From: a virus
Lineage: Duplodnaviria; Caudoviricetes
Reading direction: 5' to 3' (one strand)
DNA length: 26,201 nt
Virus record (IMG/VR): IMGVR_UViG_3300006120_000082
Span: 1-26,201 of that record
The notes under the pieces were generated by a model. That model saw only the letters and a program-made list of their open reading frames with translations, was not told where the DNA came from and made no database searches. Position numbers and translations under genes: made by a program. This document shows, piece by piece, positions 7,140-16,926 of the stretch (position 1 is the stretch's first letter; every line of letters begins with the position of its first letter).

Positions 7140-8642
7140 TTATTTTCCTAATTGTTGTTTAAGGGAATCTACTTCTGCTTTGAGTTCTTTAACTGCGTTG
7201 ATAAGATACCAAATTAAATTAGTTGTATCTACTGACATAACGCCTGTGGATTCTTCTTTAACGCAATCAGGCAATATGGCTTTAAGCTCTTGTGCAATCA
7301 CACCAAGCTGAACGCCTTTGATGTCAATTGCGTTTTGTGGCTCTAACTCAGTCACCTCATCAGCTGTGCGGTATTCAAAATTACGCACTTGAATTGCTGT
7401 AATGGCAGAAAGCCCTACTGTGTTATCTACAATGTTTTTCTTTAAACGCTGGTCAGAAGTGGTAGACCAAGATGCTGAGTTGTTACCTTGATAAACACCG
7501 CCACCATTGGGGTTAATATATCCTGTATTTCCACCTTTACCTGTTGGTGATGTTCCAACAACTATTTCATAATTTACTCCAGCAGATGAAGCTGTTGTTG
7601 AATAACCAATGTGAATATTGCCAATACCAGTTGTTAAATTAGAACCAGTTTGCCAACCTAAACCAACATTTCGGTCACCAGTTGTTACCCCTTGCAATGA
7701 ACCATTACCAACACCAGTATTTTTAGAGCCTGTTGTAACTGCCGATAAAACTGATATATTGCCATCATCTTGACCGCCAATAGCACAATTATATAAACCT
7801 GTTGTATTGTTTAATAAAGCTCTGCGACCAAAAGCAGTATTGTAATTTCCTGAAGTTGTGTTGTAACCAGCCAAATCACCAACAAAAGTATTTCCACCAG
7901 CATTGCTGTAATATCCAGCTTGATTTCCTATAAATACACAATTTGTTGCCGTAGTATTACTATACCCAGCCTGATAACCTACTGCTGTGTTGTTAGATGC
8001 GGTGGTGTTAGATGTTAATGCGCCTGTACCAATTGCCACATTATAAGCACCAGTTGTATTTTGACCTAAAGCAGCGGCAATAGCGGCTGTTGAATCATAT
8101 CCACCAATACCAATATTAGCATTACCAGTTGTGTTATTTCTTACAGCATTACGACCAATAGCTACTATTCCTGTACCAGTTGTGTTGCTATACAAGGCTT
8201 GTTGTCCAATAGCAACAACTGAATCACCAGTAGTATTTGTATAAGCGGCTTGATAACCAATAGCAATATTATAGTTATTTGTGTTTGCTTGAAGTGCATA
8301 ATCCCCAACAGCAATATTGGCATTACCAGTTATATTTGTTTTTAATGCGTAATAACCAACTCCAATATTATCTACACCAGTTGTATTGCTATATAACGAT
8401 TGATAACCTAATGCGGTATTTGGAGTGCCACTTGTATTTGCTTGTAAAGCACTAGTACCTAACGCAATATTACCACTTACAGCACCACCACCCTTACCAA
8501 CAGTAAGACCTGATATAGAACCATCGTTAGAAATATTTAATCCAGTTGATGTAACCGTACCAGTTAATGCTTGAGAAGCATCTAACTTACCAGATGAATT
8601 AATGTAATTTGCTAAATTAGCTAAATTAAGTGCTTGTGTCAT
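7140..8642 (-). CDS. tail fibre with beta-roll repeats and C-terminal intramolecular chaperone (peptidase S74)
   Basis: ~17-aa repeats of the form NxAxGxxALxxNTTG (YadA/Hep_Hag-like); WSTT|SDQRLKKNI autocleavage motif; GVIAQE and terminal coiled coil LINAVKELKAEVDSLK. Confidence 0.85.
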   Translation of the reverse strand: MTQALNLANLANYINSSGKLDASQALTGTVTSTGLNISNDGSISGLTVGKGGGAVSGNIALGTSALQANTSGTPNTALGYQSLYSNTTGVDNIGVGYYALKTNITGNANIAVGDYALQANTNNYNIAIGYQAAYTNTTGDSVVAIGQQALYSNTTGTGIVAIGRNAVRNNTTGNANIGIGGYDSTAAIAAALGQNTTGAYNVAIGTGALTSNTTASNNTAVGYQAGYSNTTATNCVFIGNQAGYYSNAGGNTFVGDLAGYNTTSGNYNTAFGRRALLNNTTGLYNCAIGGQDDGNISVLSAVTTGSKNTGVGNGSLQGVTTGDRNVGLGWQTGSNLTTGIGNIHIGYSTTASSAGVNYEIVVGTSPTGKGGNTGYINPNGGGVYQGNNSASWSTTSDQRLKKNIVDNTVGLSAITAIQVRNFEYRTADEVTELEPQNAIDIKGVQLGVIAQELKAILPDCVKEESTGVMSVDTTNLIWYLINAVKELKAEVDSLKQQLGK

Positions 8643-11600
8643 ACTGCCCCATTTCTATTAAATGATTGCTCTACTAGGATATTAAGGTTGCTTGTTGGTG
8701 TTTGTGCCAATGTATAGCTTCCAGTTGTTACAGAATAATCCACAGTTTCTAATAATAATACCCCATTATTATATAGATTAAATGCTAATGGATTGAAAGT
8801 AAACGGATAAGTTGCCTGACCAGGAATTGTATAAACATCAGTATTTGATGGATTGCCATTTGGCTGACCTTGATTATTGTCCGTCCATTGAATAACTTGC
8901 AAATCACCAGAAACGGCATTTACAAAACTGATAGTCTGGCCAGATATATTATAGTCTTGAGCATTAATTACTGTACCGTTTAAGAATAACAATTCGTTAC
9001 CGCTAACTAGCGTAAACCCTGATGCAGTATATGATCCAGTATTACTTAATGTGTCTGAATTTCTGCTAAAACTATTATAGGTAGTGCTGGTTGACACGGC
9101 CACAGAAGCCATAGAAATGATTGTAATAATATCGTTTAAATTAGCCCCAGTTGCTAAAGTGACATTTCCAGTTGAACCACCAGTATCGGTATATTCGCTA
9201 GGATCAAGCAATAAGCCATTTTGAAATACTAAACAATTTCCAGATAAATATTCTGTTCCCCGTGTTACATGGAAAACAATTTGACCGCTGGAAGCATCAA
9301 AAGCGGTCATAGTGTAATTAAATGTATCTGGTGGTACAAATCCAACAACACGGCCATATACATCAACGGTTAATGTAGCAACGCTAGATGTATAAGTTTG
9401 CGCCCCGCCAGGGAAAGTCAATAATTGCGCCAATGATGCAACTACTTGACCTTGTGGGTTGTTGTTTACCGCAATTTCTCCAGTACCTACCGTAGTAGTA
9501 CCAGTTTGAATAAGCTGACCAGTACGGGCATTAAGATCAATAATGTTGTAACCATCTTCCAACCCTTGCCAAATAGTAGGGTCATAGTTAGGGTCAGTTG
9601 GTACAAACAATGCAGAACCCGCTGATGGTGCGGCATTACCAGTAGCAAAACTAATAAAGTTATTGCCACGATTGCAAAATAACAAATAATTTAATGTGCC
9701 AGAGCTACCAAATACAGGATTTGCTGGATACCAGATGTAATCTGTTGGCGTTAAATCAAATGATGGAATATTAGTATTTGCAATACCATAATAAGTTGCC
9801 CCTCTAGGATTTGAAGTAAATCCTGTACCAGTTTGACTTGTAGCATAAGCAATACTTAAATAGCGTTCTGCATATTGTTGGAATGTTGTTGGCCGCCATG
9901 TAAATAAACTGCTTGGCGGGCTATATAACGATGTTTCTAAAGAATTTACCATTCTGGTAAAGAAATACCAATTACCAGCAGAAATTGTTGATAGCGTTAC
10001 TGGTGGCAATGCAACTGAATTACCATAGGGTATACCATTAGGTTGCACGGCAGTTGTGCCAGCAAATATAAGCTGTGATGGAGATGGATTGGAATAAGCC
10101 GAATACCAAATTTCTGCATATTGCACAATGCCATTTGTAGAACTTGTTATGTCTACTTGGAATGATGGATTTGCCGCATTTGGTAATGAATTAGCAATAA
10201 CTGGGGCTGGTATAGTGCCAAAACTGTTAGGTGCTGGCAATCCGCTATTTGGTTGTGGTTTATATTGCGTAACGCTGGCATCGTTATAAACCGATGGGTC
10301 ATAAACCAATAAAGTCAATGCCACAGAAATTGTGCCGTCTGGCGCAAAGTTTTGTTCTACTTTAATTACTCTAAATAGTTTTGCAACCCATCCATAGTTG
10401 GCATTGGTTACGGTAACAATATCACCCGCTTCCAACTCTAAGCCAATATAGTTTACGGTACACGCTATTTGCAAATCCATCCGTGCCGCTTTTAAGAACC
10501 GTGTGGCTAAAAGCTGGGCTTGCACATCATTATTGACTAATGGCAGTTGAATAGTCTGGGCGTTTTGTGGCTCATTAGGGTATAACAATGATGGCGCAAC
10601 TAAAGCCAAATTAACCGTGCTAGTGTTAAATGAACTATTTAGGCTAATGTCTGGGAATTGGCATTGTGCAATGTTATAGGTATTTGAAATATCTAAAGAC
10701 ACCACTTGAATAGCAGAAACCATATTGCTATCGTTAATATCCATAGCCACGCTGTAAGTTGGCTGATTAACAATAACTGACCAAACTCCGTAAATTTCAT
10801 TGTATTTAAGCAAACAATCGCAACAATTCACAATGCTTTGCACATTGTCTAATATGTTTTTAGTGGTGTCGATTGCGCCATTAAATGTAAATCTGGGCTG
10901 TGTTTCTGGTACGCCAAGATAGTTATTAAATGTAATAGTCTGGGCGCAATAAGCATTTAGGGCAGTCAAACTAGCGGTATCAATTTGTGATGCTGGAATT
11001 GCCCCGCCATATACGGTGCTAGTCAAATAATCATAAATAACATCGCCTGGTGCTATTCGCGAATTAATGATTTCAAACTGTGTTTGAGCAATCGATGTAA
11101 CACCAGCATTGGCGTTATAAGTTAAATGCACAATAGCAAAAGCGCAGTTGGTCATTAATTTACTACTATCCCATGTATAAGTAAGTCCAGATGATTGCAT
11201 TACCGTAATGGCAGATTGACTGCTATTTACGGGATTATTTGATCCGTTGCTATACAAATATATATTTAAATACCCATTTACTTTGGTATCAACTAATCCT
11301 GTGGCTGGATCAACCAACCCTGTAACTGCCGTACTAGAGTTTTGACCAGGATTAACCGCATACATTGTGTTGCCAACGGTTACTGATGGGTCAATAGATT
11401 TGTTTAATACGATTGTTTTGGTAACAGTATTAATGCCGCTTACGGTGTAATAAATTGGTGTGCCAGAGTTAGCAAATGAAACCAATAAACCAGAAGTGAC
11501 GGGTATAGATAATGTGCCAGAGTAAGTAATAGTATTGCCAGAAATAGTGGCAACGCTAACACTCGAATCAGTATAAGTAAGGCCGCTAAACAAGCACAAC

Positions 11601-11974
11601 TTACCACCATAATAGATATTGCCATAAGCAATGGAATCCGAACCATTGCCTGTAACTTCGCAGAGTGAAAGAACATAATATAAATTTTGATTGTCAGAAG
11701 TAATTGAAAGATCAGTAATTGTCCCGCCAATATAGCAATTACCATAAACGATTGGCAATTTGTTGTTAGTTGCTGGTTGAATCTGTAAATTAGTACCCGT
11801 TGTTAATTGTTGACCGTTGCTAGTTGGGGCTTTTGGTGCGGTTAAGGCCGACACAATAGATGATGCGGCCATAGTCATGCCCATCATTACTAATTCTGGT
11901 TGTCCTGTAACTACGCCAACAATGGCAATAACAGTACCAACAATCGCACCTAAAACGCCACCACCGCCACCCAT
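8639..11974 (-). CDS. central tail tip / host-specificity protein (lambda gpJ-like)
   Basis: N-terminal hydrophobic segment followed by NKLPIVYG; internal LEAGDIVTVT...FRVIKV tip-hub motif; FN3-like region; three C-terminal beta modules. I moved the start from 12013 to the ATG at 11974 (GGAAG upstream, 1 bp after the previous stop). Confidence 0.8.
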   Translation of the reverse strand: MGGGGGVLGAIVGTVIAIVGVVTGQPELVMMGMTMAASSIVSALTAPKAPTSNGQQLTTGTNLQIQPATNNKLPIVYGNCYIGGTITDLSITSDNQNLYYVLSLCEVTGNGSDSIAYGNIYYGGKLCLFSGLTYTDSSVSVATISGNTITYSGTLSIPVTSGLLVSFANSGTPIYYTVSGINTVTKTIVLNKSIDPSVTVGNTMYAVNPGQNSSTAVTGLVDPATGLVDTKVNGYLNIYLYSNGSNNPVNSSQSAITVMQSSGLTYTWDSSKLMTNCAFAIVHLTYNANAGVTSIAQTQFEIINSRIAPGDVIYDYLTSTVYGGAIPASQIDTASLTALNAYCAQTITFNNYLGVPETQPRFTFNGAIDTTKNILDNVQSIVNCCDCLLKYNEIYGVWSVIVNQPTYSVAMDINDSNMVSAIQVVSLDISNTYNIAQCQFPDISLNSSFNTSTVNLALVAPSLLYPNEPQNAQTIQLPLVNNDVQAQLLATRFLKAARMDLQIACTVNYIGLELEAGDIVTVTNANYGWVAKLFRVIKVEQNFAPDGTISVALTLLVYDPSVYNDASVTQYKPQPNSGLPAPNSFGTIPAPVIANSLPNAANPSFQVDITSSTNGIVQYAEIWYSAYSNPSPSQLIFAGTTAVQPNGIPYGNSVALPPVTLSTISAGNWYFFTRMVNSLETSLYSPPSSLFTWRPTTFQQYAERYLSIAYATSQTGTGFTSNPRGATYYGIANTNIPSFDLTPTDYIWYPANPVFGSSGTLNYLLFCNRGNNFISFATGNAAPSAGSALFVPTDPNYDPTIWQGLEDGYNIIDLNARTGQLIQTGTTTVGTGEIAVNNNPQGQVVASLAQLLTFPGGAQTYTSSVATLTVDVYGRVVGFVPPDTFNYTMTAFDASSGQIVFHVTRGTEYLSGNCLVFQNGLLLDPSEYTDTGGSTGNVTLATGANLNDIITIISMASVAVSTSTTYNSFSRNSDTLSNTGSYTASGFTLVSGNELLFLNGTVINAQDYNISGQTISFVNAVSGDLQVIQWTDNNQGQPNGNPSNTDVYTIPGQATYPFTFNPLAFNLYNNGVLLLETVDYSVTTGSYTLAQTPTSNLNILVEQSFNRNGAV

Positions 11975-11975
11975 G

Positions 11976-12398
11976 CTATATCTTCCAAGTGTTCTGTAAC
12001 TTAGTTGCACCATATCTACTGAAATCAGAATCAGTAAAACAGGAAAAATGCGCTTCTTTTATTTCGCCAGTTTTCTTCATTTCTGTACCAATTTCAATAA
12101 ACTTCTTAAACAGCTTTAATGATGTTTTGTCGTTTGTGCTATGCCACATAATCTCATGTAGCGAATATTCCCCTTCAATAAAAAAACACGGGGCTTTCAT
12201 TGCGACTAAAACACCACTTAAATCTTCTGCAATTAATATAAATCCAGCACCAGCCAGAATCATACTTAATTGCTTACCTACATAATCCCTTGACCACTTT
12301 GCTTCATCTTTTAATATTTCAAATCGATGTGTTTGGCAAAAGTGTTCTAATATCTTGTAAATTGCATCAAAATCAAATTTATTTGCGTACCGTATCAT
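11976..12398 (-). CDS. GNAT-fold acetyltransferase-like protein
   Basis: MIRYANKFDFDAI start (IRxAxxxD), GFILIAE..GVLVA beta strands, LHEIMW and FSRYGATKLQ end are typical GNAT elements; the acetyl-CoA loop looks degenerate. Confidence 0.5.
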   Translation of the reverse strand: MIRYANKFDFDAIYKILEHFCQTHRFEILKDEAKWSRDYVGKQLSMILAGAGFILIAEDLSGVLVAMKAPCFFIEGEYSLHEIMWHSTNDKTSLKLFKKFIEIGTEMKKTGEIKEAHFSCFTDSDFSRYGATKLQNTWKI

Positions 12399-12988
12399 TG
12401 CTTTCCAAAAGCATAATATATTGTCGATATAGTGGCCACTCGATTCATTGATGTATCGCCAGGGGTGAAATATTCCCAGCTTGAATCATTAGTAAATCGA
12501 CCAACCGTTCTGTTTTGTAAAATCATTTGAATGTTTGCGGCACTAACTGTTACTGTACCTACATACATACGCACTTCTTCCATCCATTGTTCACCAATGT
12601 TGAAAGTATTGATAAATCCATAGAAATACTGATAAAGACCGCCAGCACCACCAGATGTTATTAAACTGCCATCAGTATTGAAAAAACCTTTCCACATGGT
12701 AATTTGTGCGCCTTTTAAATTACCATTTAACACCACGCCCAAAAGGGCTGTATCAATACCAATTAAAGTAATTGTGGTTTGATTAGCGGTAGATTTAATA
12801 TCCCGCTGTACCTTGCCAATACCAATTAATTGACCTAATCCATCAAAAGGTTGTGAATCCACCGCTGACACGGTAATAGCCGTTGGCGCAGTAGAAAACC
12901 GATATTCTGTAGATGGCGTAACAATACGCACAAAATCCGCATATCGAATATTGTTAGTATTTTGTATTGGTGCTATTACTTGGCTCAT
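12395..12988 (-). CDS. tail tip hub protein (gpL/DUF2163-like)
   Basis: Second gene after the tape measure; FDGLGQLIGIG, ITLIGID, KGAQITMWKGFF and FTPGDTSM patterns resemble siphophage tip hub proteins. Confidence 0.55.
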   Translation of the reverse strand: MSQVIAPIQNTNNIRYADFVRIVTPSTEYRFSTAPTAITVSAVDSQPFDGLGQLIGIGKVQRDIKSTANQTTITLIGIDTALLGVVLNGNLKGAQITMWKGFFNTDGSLITSGGAGGLYQYFYGFINTFNIGEQWMEEVRMYVGTVTVSAANIQMILQNRTVGRFTNDSSWEYFTPGDTSMNRVATISTIYYAFGKQ

Positions 12989-13668
12989 AATACCGATTCA
13001 AATGCTTTAAATGGCCCTGACCATTGGATAAAGCTGTCATTAGTCATTGGGATTAAATTATAAGTTGGATATTGTTGCAAAATGATTGGAAAGGTACATC
13101 CAGTATAAGTATTGCCGCCTAATGCAACGGTTGTGCCATATTGCCCAATAACTGCATTTTCTGGTGATACTAAGGTTGTCAATAAGGTGCGGTGAACAGG
13201 AATAGTAACGGTAGTCCCAGAACCACGCATAACATCAGCGGTAGCAATATAAGCATAACGATCAACCTGGCAGAAATCGCCAGCCTTTACGATATAAGAT
13301 GTTGAAGATATGGATGGCAGATTGCCTAATACTAAATTCTTGCCAGCAGATGCTGTTTCCCATTGGCAAGCTGAAATCTGTGTTGGGGTCATATTGCCTT
13401 GATAAGCAATATAGTTGACCCAGCCAGTAGAACCAAAATTAAGATATTGCTCTAACGACTTATCGTAGTAACGCAAATTAGCCAATAGATTACGATTCTG
13501 ACTGTAAAGCTGATATGAGTTTGGCTTAAAAGTAAATTGGAATGGAATAACAGTAACAATTTCGGATGTAGAAATACGCTGATTACGGCTAATGGCTTGC
13601 CCAACCAATCGTTGATCCATAATATTTACTTGCTCTGACATTGCCAGAATGGTGCTTATATCTGCCAT
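12985..13668 (-). CDS. distal tail protein (Dit-like)
   Basis: Immediately after the tape measure gene; beta-rich 227 aa ending FKAFESVL. Assignment is mainly positional. Confidence 0.55.
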   Translation of the reverse strand: MADISTILAMSEQVNIMDQRLVGQAISRNQRISTSEIVTVIPFQFTFKPNSYQLYSQNRNLLANLRYYDKSLEQYLNFGSTGWVNYIAYQGNMTPTQISACQWETASAGKNLVLGNLPSISSTSYIVKAGDFCQVDRYAYIATADVMRGSGTTVTIPVHRTLLTTLVSPENAVIGQYGTTVALGGNTYTGCTFPIILQQYPTYNLIPMTNDSFIQWSGPFKAFESVL

Positions 13669-13670
13669 AT

Positions 13671-15572
13671 TTATCTACTTTGCGGTAATGATCGTTGGGC
13701 AGATTGATTGGCCGCCCATACTGCGGTTTGATTTCTAGCCAAAAATTGTGTAGCCGACTGAGTATCAATGGCAGACATATTGGCAATATAAGGGCCGTTA
13801 TACATTACAGATGGTTGATTTGAACCGCCCATAACATCAGCCAATTTGTTATTTGGCACAACTGTACCACCAGTTTGCGGAATAATTAATTCTGGGCCAT
13901 TCTCACCTACTATAGTAGGCATATTAGCTGGAATATTGCCGCCACCAGCGGCCGCCATAAATTCGGCAGAATATTGAGTTGCTTCGCCACCACCAATTCC
14001 AAATAATCCACCTAAACCGCCCATTGCTTGAAATAACTTCATTTCTTGCGCCCGCAATTCAATCTTTAACATATCTGCCAAAATGCTTTTTGCTAAATCG
14101 CCAAAGTTTAATTTGCCAGTTTCTACAAATTTTTCCAACGCATTAGTCATTGAGTTGGTAATATCGGCAAACATTTCTTGCGCTTGCATTGCCGCATTGT
14201 TTGCATTTTCTACATATTGCTCATATGCTTTTTGCCAACCATAACTAAATGATTGTTGGAAAGCCTGAGTTGCTAATACTTCTTGTTCAGTCTTTTCAAC
14301 ATAGACTTGTGCAGTATCAATAATTTGTTGTTTTTGCTCTTTAAGGGCTTTAATTACAGCTTGACCAGCGGCAGTTGATGGATCGGTTGTAGCAATCTTT
14401 TTATCAACATTGTCCAAAGCCTTTTGCATTTCTGTAAGCACTTTGGTAATTTCAGAAACATAATCTTTTTGATTCTTAGTAAGATGTGTTTCAGCTTCTT
14501 TAGCGGATAACATTTGAAACTGAATGGCCGCTTGCCTTGCATACTCTTTTGATAAATCTTGGGCTTGCAATAATTGTTTTTCGCCAGCAAATGTAACTGG
14601 TCTGTTTACATCTTGTTGTGGCTCTTGCTTTGGTGTTTCTTTTGAACGATTTAAAATCTTCTGGGCAAATTCCTCATCGGATTCGGCCATCTTTTTGACT
14701 TTATCGTCATAGTCTTTTAGGTCTTGCAATGCTTTAGAAAAGTCACCGTGAATAGCATCGGTGGTGGCCGCAATAACGCCTTGTATTTCTGTAAAGAAAC
14801 CAACAATAACTGTAGCAGTATATTTAAAGACTACGGCAACGGTTTCAGCCGTTGTTTGCAATACTTCGCCAAAAAACTGTATAGCAGTAGCATCTTTATG
14901 CAACGCATCATAAAGCTGTAATAACGATGGAAATACTGCATTAGTAAATTCCAATGTAAGCTGATGTGATGCTTCTTTTAATTTAATGCTTAATTCGTGT
15001 GCTTGGGTAACGGCTTGGGCATATTTGTCCATCTCGCCCTTGCCTTCAACAAGGTCTGCCGCCAATCCTTTAATATCAACGCCCCTGATACCACGACCAA
15101 GAACTTGAAACGCCAAACCGTTTCGTTCCGCAGAATCTTGCATTTTTGCAAGGCCTTGCACGGTTTTATTAAATAAATCTTCTTCAGATAGCGTTTTAAG
15201 GTCTTTTAGGGAAACGCCCAACCTGGCAAATGCTTCTTGAACCTTGCCACTACCTAATGCGGCAGATTCAATTTTTTGAGTAAATCCAGAATAAATACGG
15301 CTGGTTTCTTCGGCATCCCCGCCATTCTTCATCAACGCAGATGATAGGTTTAAAACGGATGCAACCGCTACATCATTGGCTTTTGCTGTTTTAACAACGG
15401 AATCTGCATATTCCATCGCCTTATTTGTCATTTCAGCAAATGCGGCAACGGACAGTAATTCGCCAGCCCGTTCTTTGAAATTCTGTAAGGCTTCTTTGGC
15501 TTTTTCGATGCCTTGTGTAAAGTCGGCTGTATCTATGCCTAACTTAACCCCAAGACTTGCGATATTTGCCAT
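13671..15572 (-). CDS. tail tape measure protein
   Basis: N-terminal IASLGVKLGIDTADF; helical and Ala-rich; lambda-type C-terminal GWQKA...FVETGKLNFGDLAKSI and IVGENGPEL motifs; follows the chaperone pair. Confidence 0.92.
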   Translation of the reverse strand: MANIASLGVKLGIDTADFTQGIEKAKEALQNFKERAGELLSVAAFAEMTNKAMEYADSVVKTAKANDVAVASVLNLSSALMKNGGDAEETSRIYSGFTQKIESAALGSGKVQEAFARLGVSLKDLKTLSEEDLFNKTVQGLAKMQDSAERNGLAFQVLGRGIRGVDIKGLAADLVEGKGEMDKYAQAVTQAHELSIKLKEASHQLTLEFTNAVFPSLLQLYDALHKDATAIQFFGEVLQTTAETVAVVFKYTATVIVGFFTEIQGVIAATTDAIHGDFSKALQDLKDYDDKVKKMAESDEEFAQKILNRSKETPKQEPQQDVNRPVTFAGEKQLLQAQDLSKEYARQAAIQFQMLSAKEAETHLTKNQKDYVSEITKVLTEMQKALDNVDKKIATTDPSTAAGQAVIKALKEQKQQIIDTAQVYVEKTEQEVLATQAFQQSFSYGWQKAYEQYVENANNAAMQAQEMFADITNSMTNALEKFVETGKLNFGDLAKSILADMLKIELRAQEMKLFQAMGGLGGLFGIGGGEATQYSAEFMAAAGGGNIPANMPTIVGENGPELIIPQTGGTVVPNNKLADVMGGSNQPSVMYNGPYIANMSAIDTQSATQFLARNQTAVWAANQSAQRSLPQSR

Positions 15573-15929
15573 TTATTTTCCTTTGAACAGACTTTTTGGT
15601 GCTTTTGGATTCATTAACATAAATGTTAATAATTGCTCATTAACTTGCGCCTTCTTATCCTGTTCTGTTAATGGCGGGTAAATATACCCATACACTCTAG
15701 GTATTATATCTTGTAATTTATAGCTTGGCTTACCTTTTGGCAACATTGAATTAAATTGACCAGCCGTCAATGTGCCTAATACTTCCAGTATTCCACGATT
15801 GCCAATTAGCCCATCTGCATACATTATGCAAATGTCGGTAAATGTTTCTTCGTCTATTTGGTTCGGGTCAGACCCGTGTGCAAGGATATAAGCCTTTGTT
15901 TGCCTACGGATCGACCCAGTTACTTTCCC
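15573..15929 (-). CDS. tail assembly chaperone -1 frameshift extension (gpT-like)
   Basis: The -1 frame is open from the GGGAAAG site (GKVTGSIRRQTKAYILAHGSDPNQIDEETFTDICIMYADG...) into the track ORF 15573..15824. Confidence 0.85.
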   Translation of the reverse strand, partial: GKVTGSIRRQTKAYILAHGSDPNQIDEETFTDICIMYADGLIGNRGILEVLGTLTAGQFNSMLPKGKPSYKLQDIIPRVYGYIYPPLTEQDKKAQVNEQLLTFMLMNPKAPKSLFKGK

Positions 15930-16405
15930 TTTGCGGATTCGTAACTTGGGCTAATTGTTTTAGTGATGTTGTCCACAACCTCTAATTGAATAGAGAATGG
16001 GAATAATTCCTCAACCATATCGTATGTAATAGTATTCATATCAAAAGATTTATCTTCTGGCACGATTAACTTAAACATTTCGGTAATACGGTTTTCAGTA
16101 ATAACTTTATTTTTGGCAGTTTCTTTTAATGATCTGCCTTTAATAAATACATCATTTTCTTGAAAATCAACGCCTTCTTTTTCAAAATCTTTTTTATTTT
16201 CAATAAATGGCGTAGATAATTCTAAATAATATTTATTAACTTTATCTTCATCAACTTGTTTAATTCTTTCAGAAATAGCTTCAAATTCCAATGTAGTTGG
16301 CACTTTAATCTGGAAAGTGTGGCCATTCATATCAAATGAACGGGTGCGTACTAAATCTTGATTTTCAACAAATCGTTTGCCTAAAGCATTTGCAAATTGG
16401 CTCAT
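15920..16405 (-). CDS. tail assembly chaperone (gpG-like)
   Basis: Lies upstream of the tape measure gene and ends in Gly-Lys at the slippery site. Confidence 0.85.
   Translation of the reverse strand: MSQFANALGKRFVENQDLVRTRSFDMNGHTFQIKVPTTLEFEAISERIKQVDEDKVNKYYLELSTPFIENKKDFEKEGVDFQENDVFIKGRSLKETAKNKVITENRITEMFKLIVPEDKSFDMNTITYDMVEELFPFSIQLEVVDNITKTISPSYESAKGK
15923..15929 (-). other. programmed -1 ribosomal frameshift slippery site GGGAAAG
   Basis: AAG GGA AAG TAA at the end of the chaperone gene; same heptamer as lambda G/GT. Confidence 0.9.
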
Positions 16406-16926
16406 GTCATATCCTTCATGTGTTTTGATCTATATTTCTCTAATGCCCCGCCCATATCCTTGCTTAATGAATCTAGGATTGCTGGCGAATTGGTTTCTAA
16501 AGCTGGGCGCAAAAACGGCTTTGCTGGCATTTTAGCAGTACCAAATTCATTGGCAACTGTTCTGGCATCCATTACGGCATATTGTTTAATTGCACCTTTG
16601 CCGCTGTGTAGATTATGGAATGTCTTAGGGTGAAACTTACTGCCAGGGGCTACAGAAACCCTCGCTATGACGATTTCAGTAGGGCTGACATACCTAGAGT
16701 GCTTATCCTTGTTTGTAGGCTTCCTAGCTTCAATTTGTAAGGTTGCCGCCAACTGCCCAGTATCTTTACGCACCAACTCTCTAGCGGTGTTTAATGCTGG
16801 CTTCATGGCTTTTCTTGCACCATTACGCAAAATATTGTTTTGGTCTTTAGGGCCAAAATCATCTTCAATCTGATTAATCAATTCTTCAAATTCTTGGAAT
16901 CCCTCAAATTTGAAAGTTGTTTTCAT
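16402..16926 (-). CDS. HK97 gp10-like tail completion/neck protein
   Basis: FEGFQEF...DTGQLAATL...EFGTAKMPAKPFLRPAL signature. Confidence 0.9.
   Translation of the reverse strand: MKTTFKFEGFQEFEELINQIEDDFGPKDQNNILRNGARKAMKPALNTARELVRKDTGQLAATLQIEARKPTNKDKHSRYVSPTEIVIARVSVAPGSKFHPKTFHNLHSGKGAIKQYAVMDARTVANEFGTAKMPAKPFLRPALETNSPAILDSLSKDMGGALEKYRSKHMKDMT

Noticed and set aside
7140-11974. Diversity-generating retroelement or invertible fibre cassette
   Set aside because: No reverse transcriptase, invertase or template/variable repeat pair seen in this window.
11975-12013. Track start of the tip protein at 12013
   Set aside because: Overlaps the upstream gene by 38 bp; the ATG at 11974 has an RBS-like GGAAG and abuts the previous stop.
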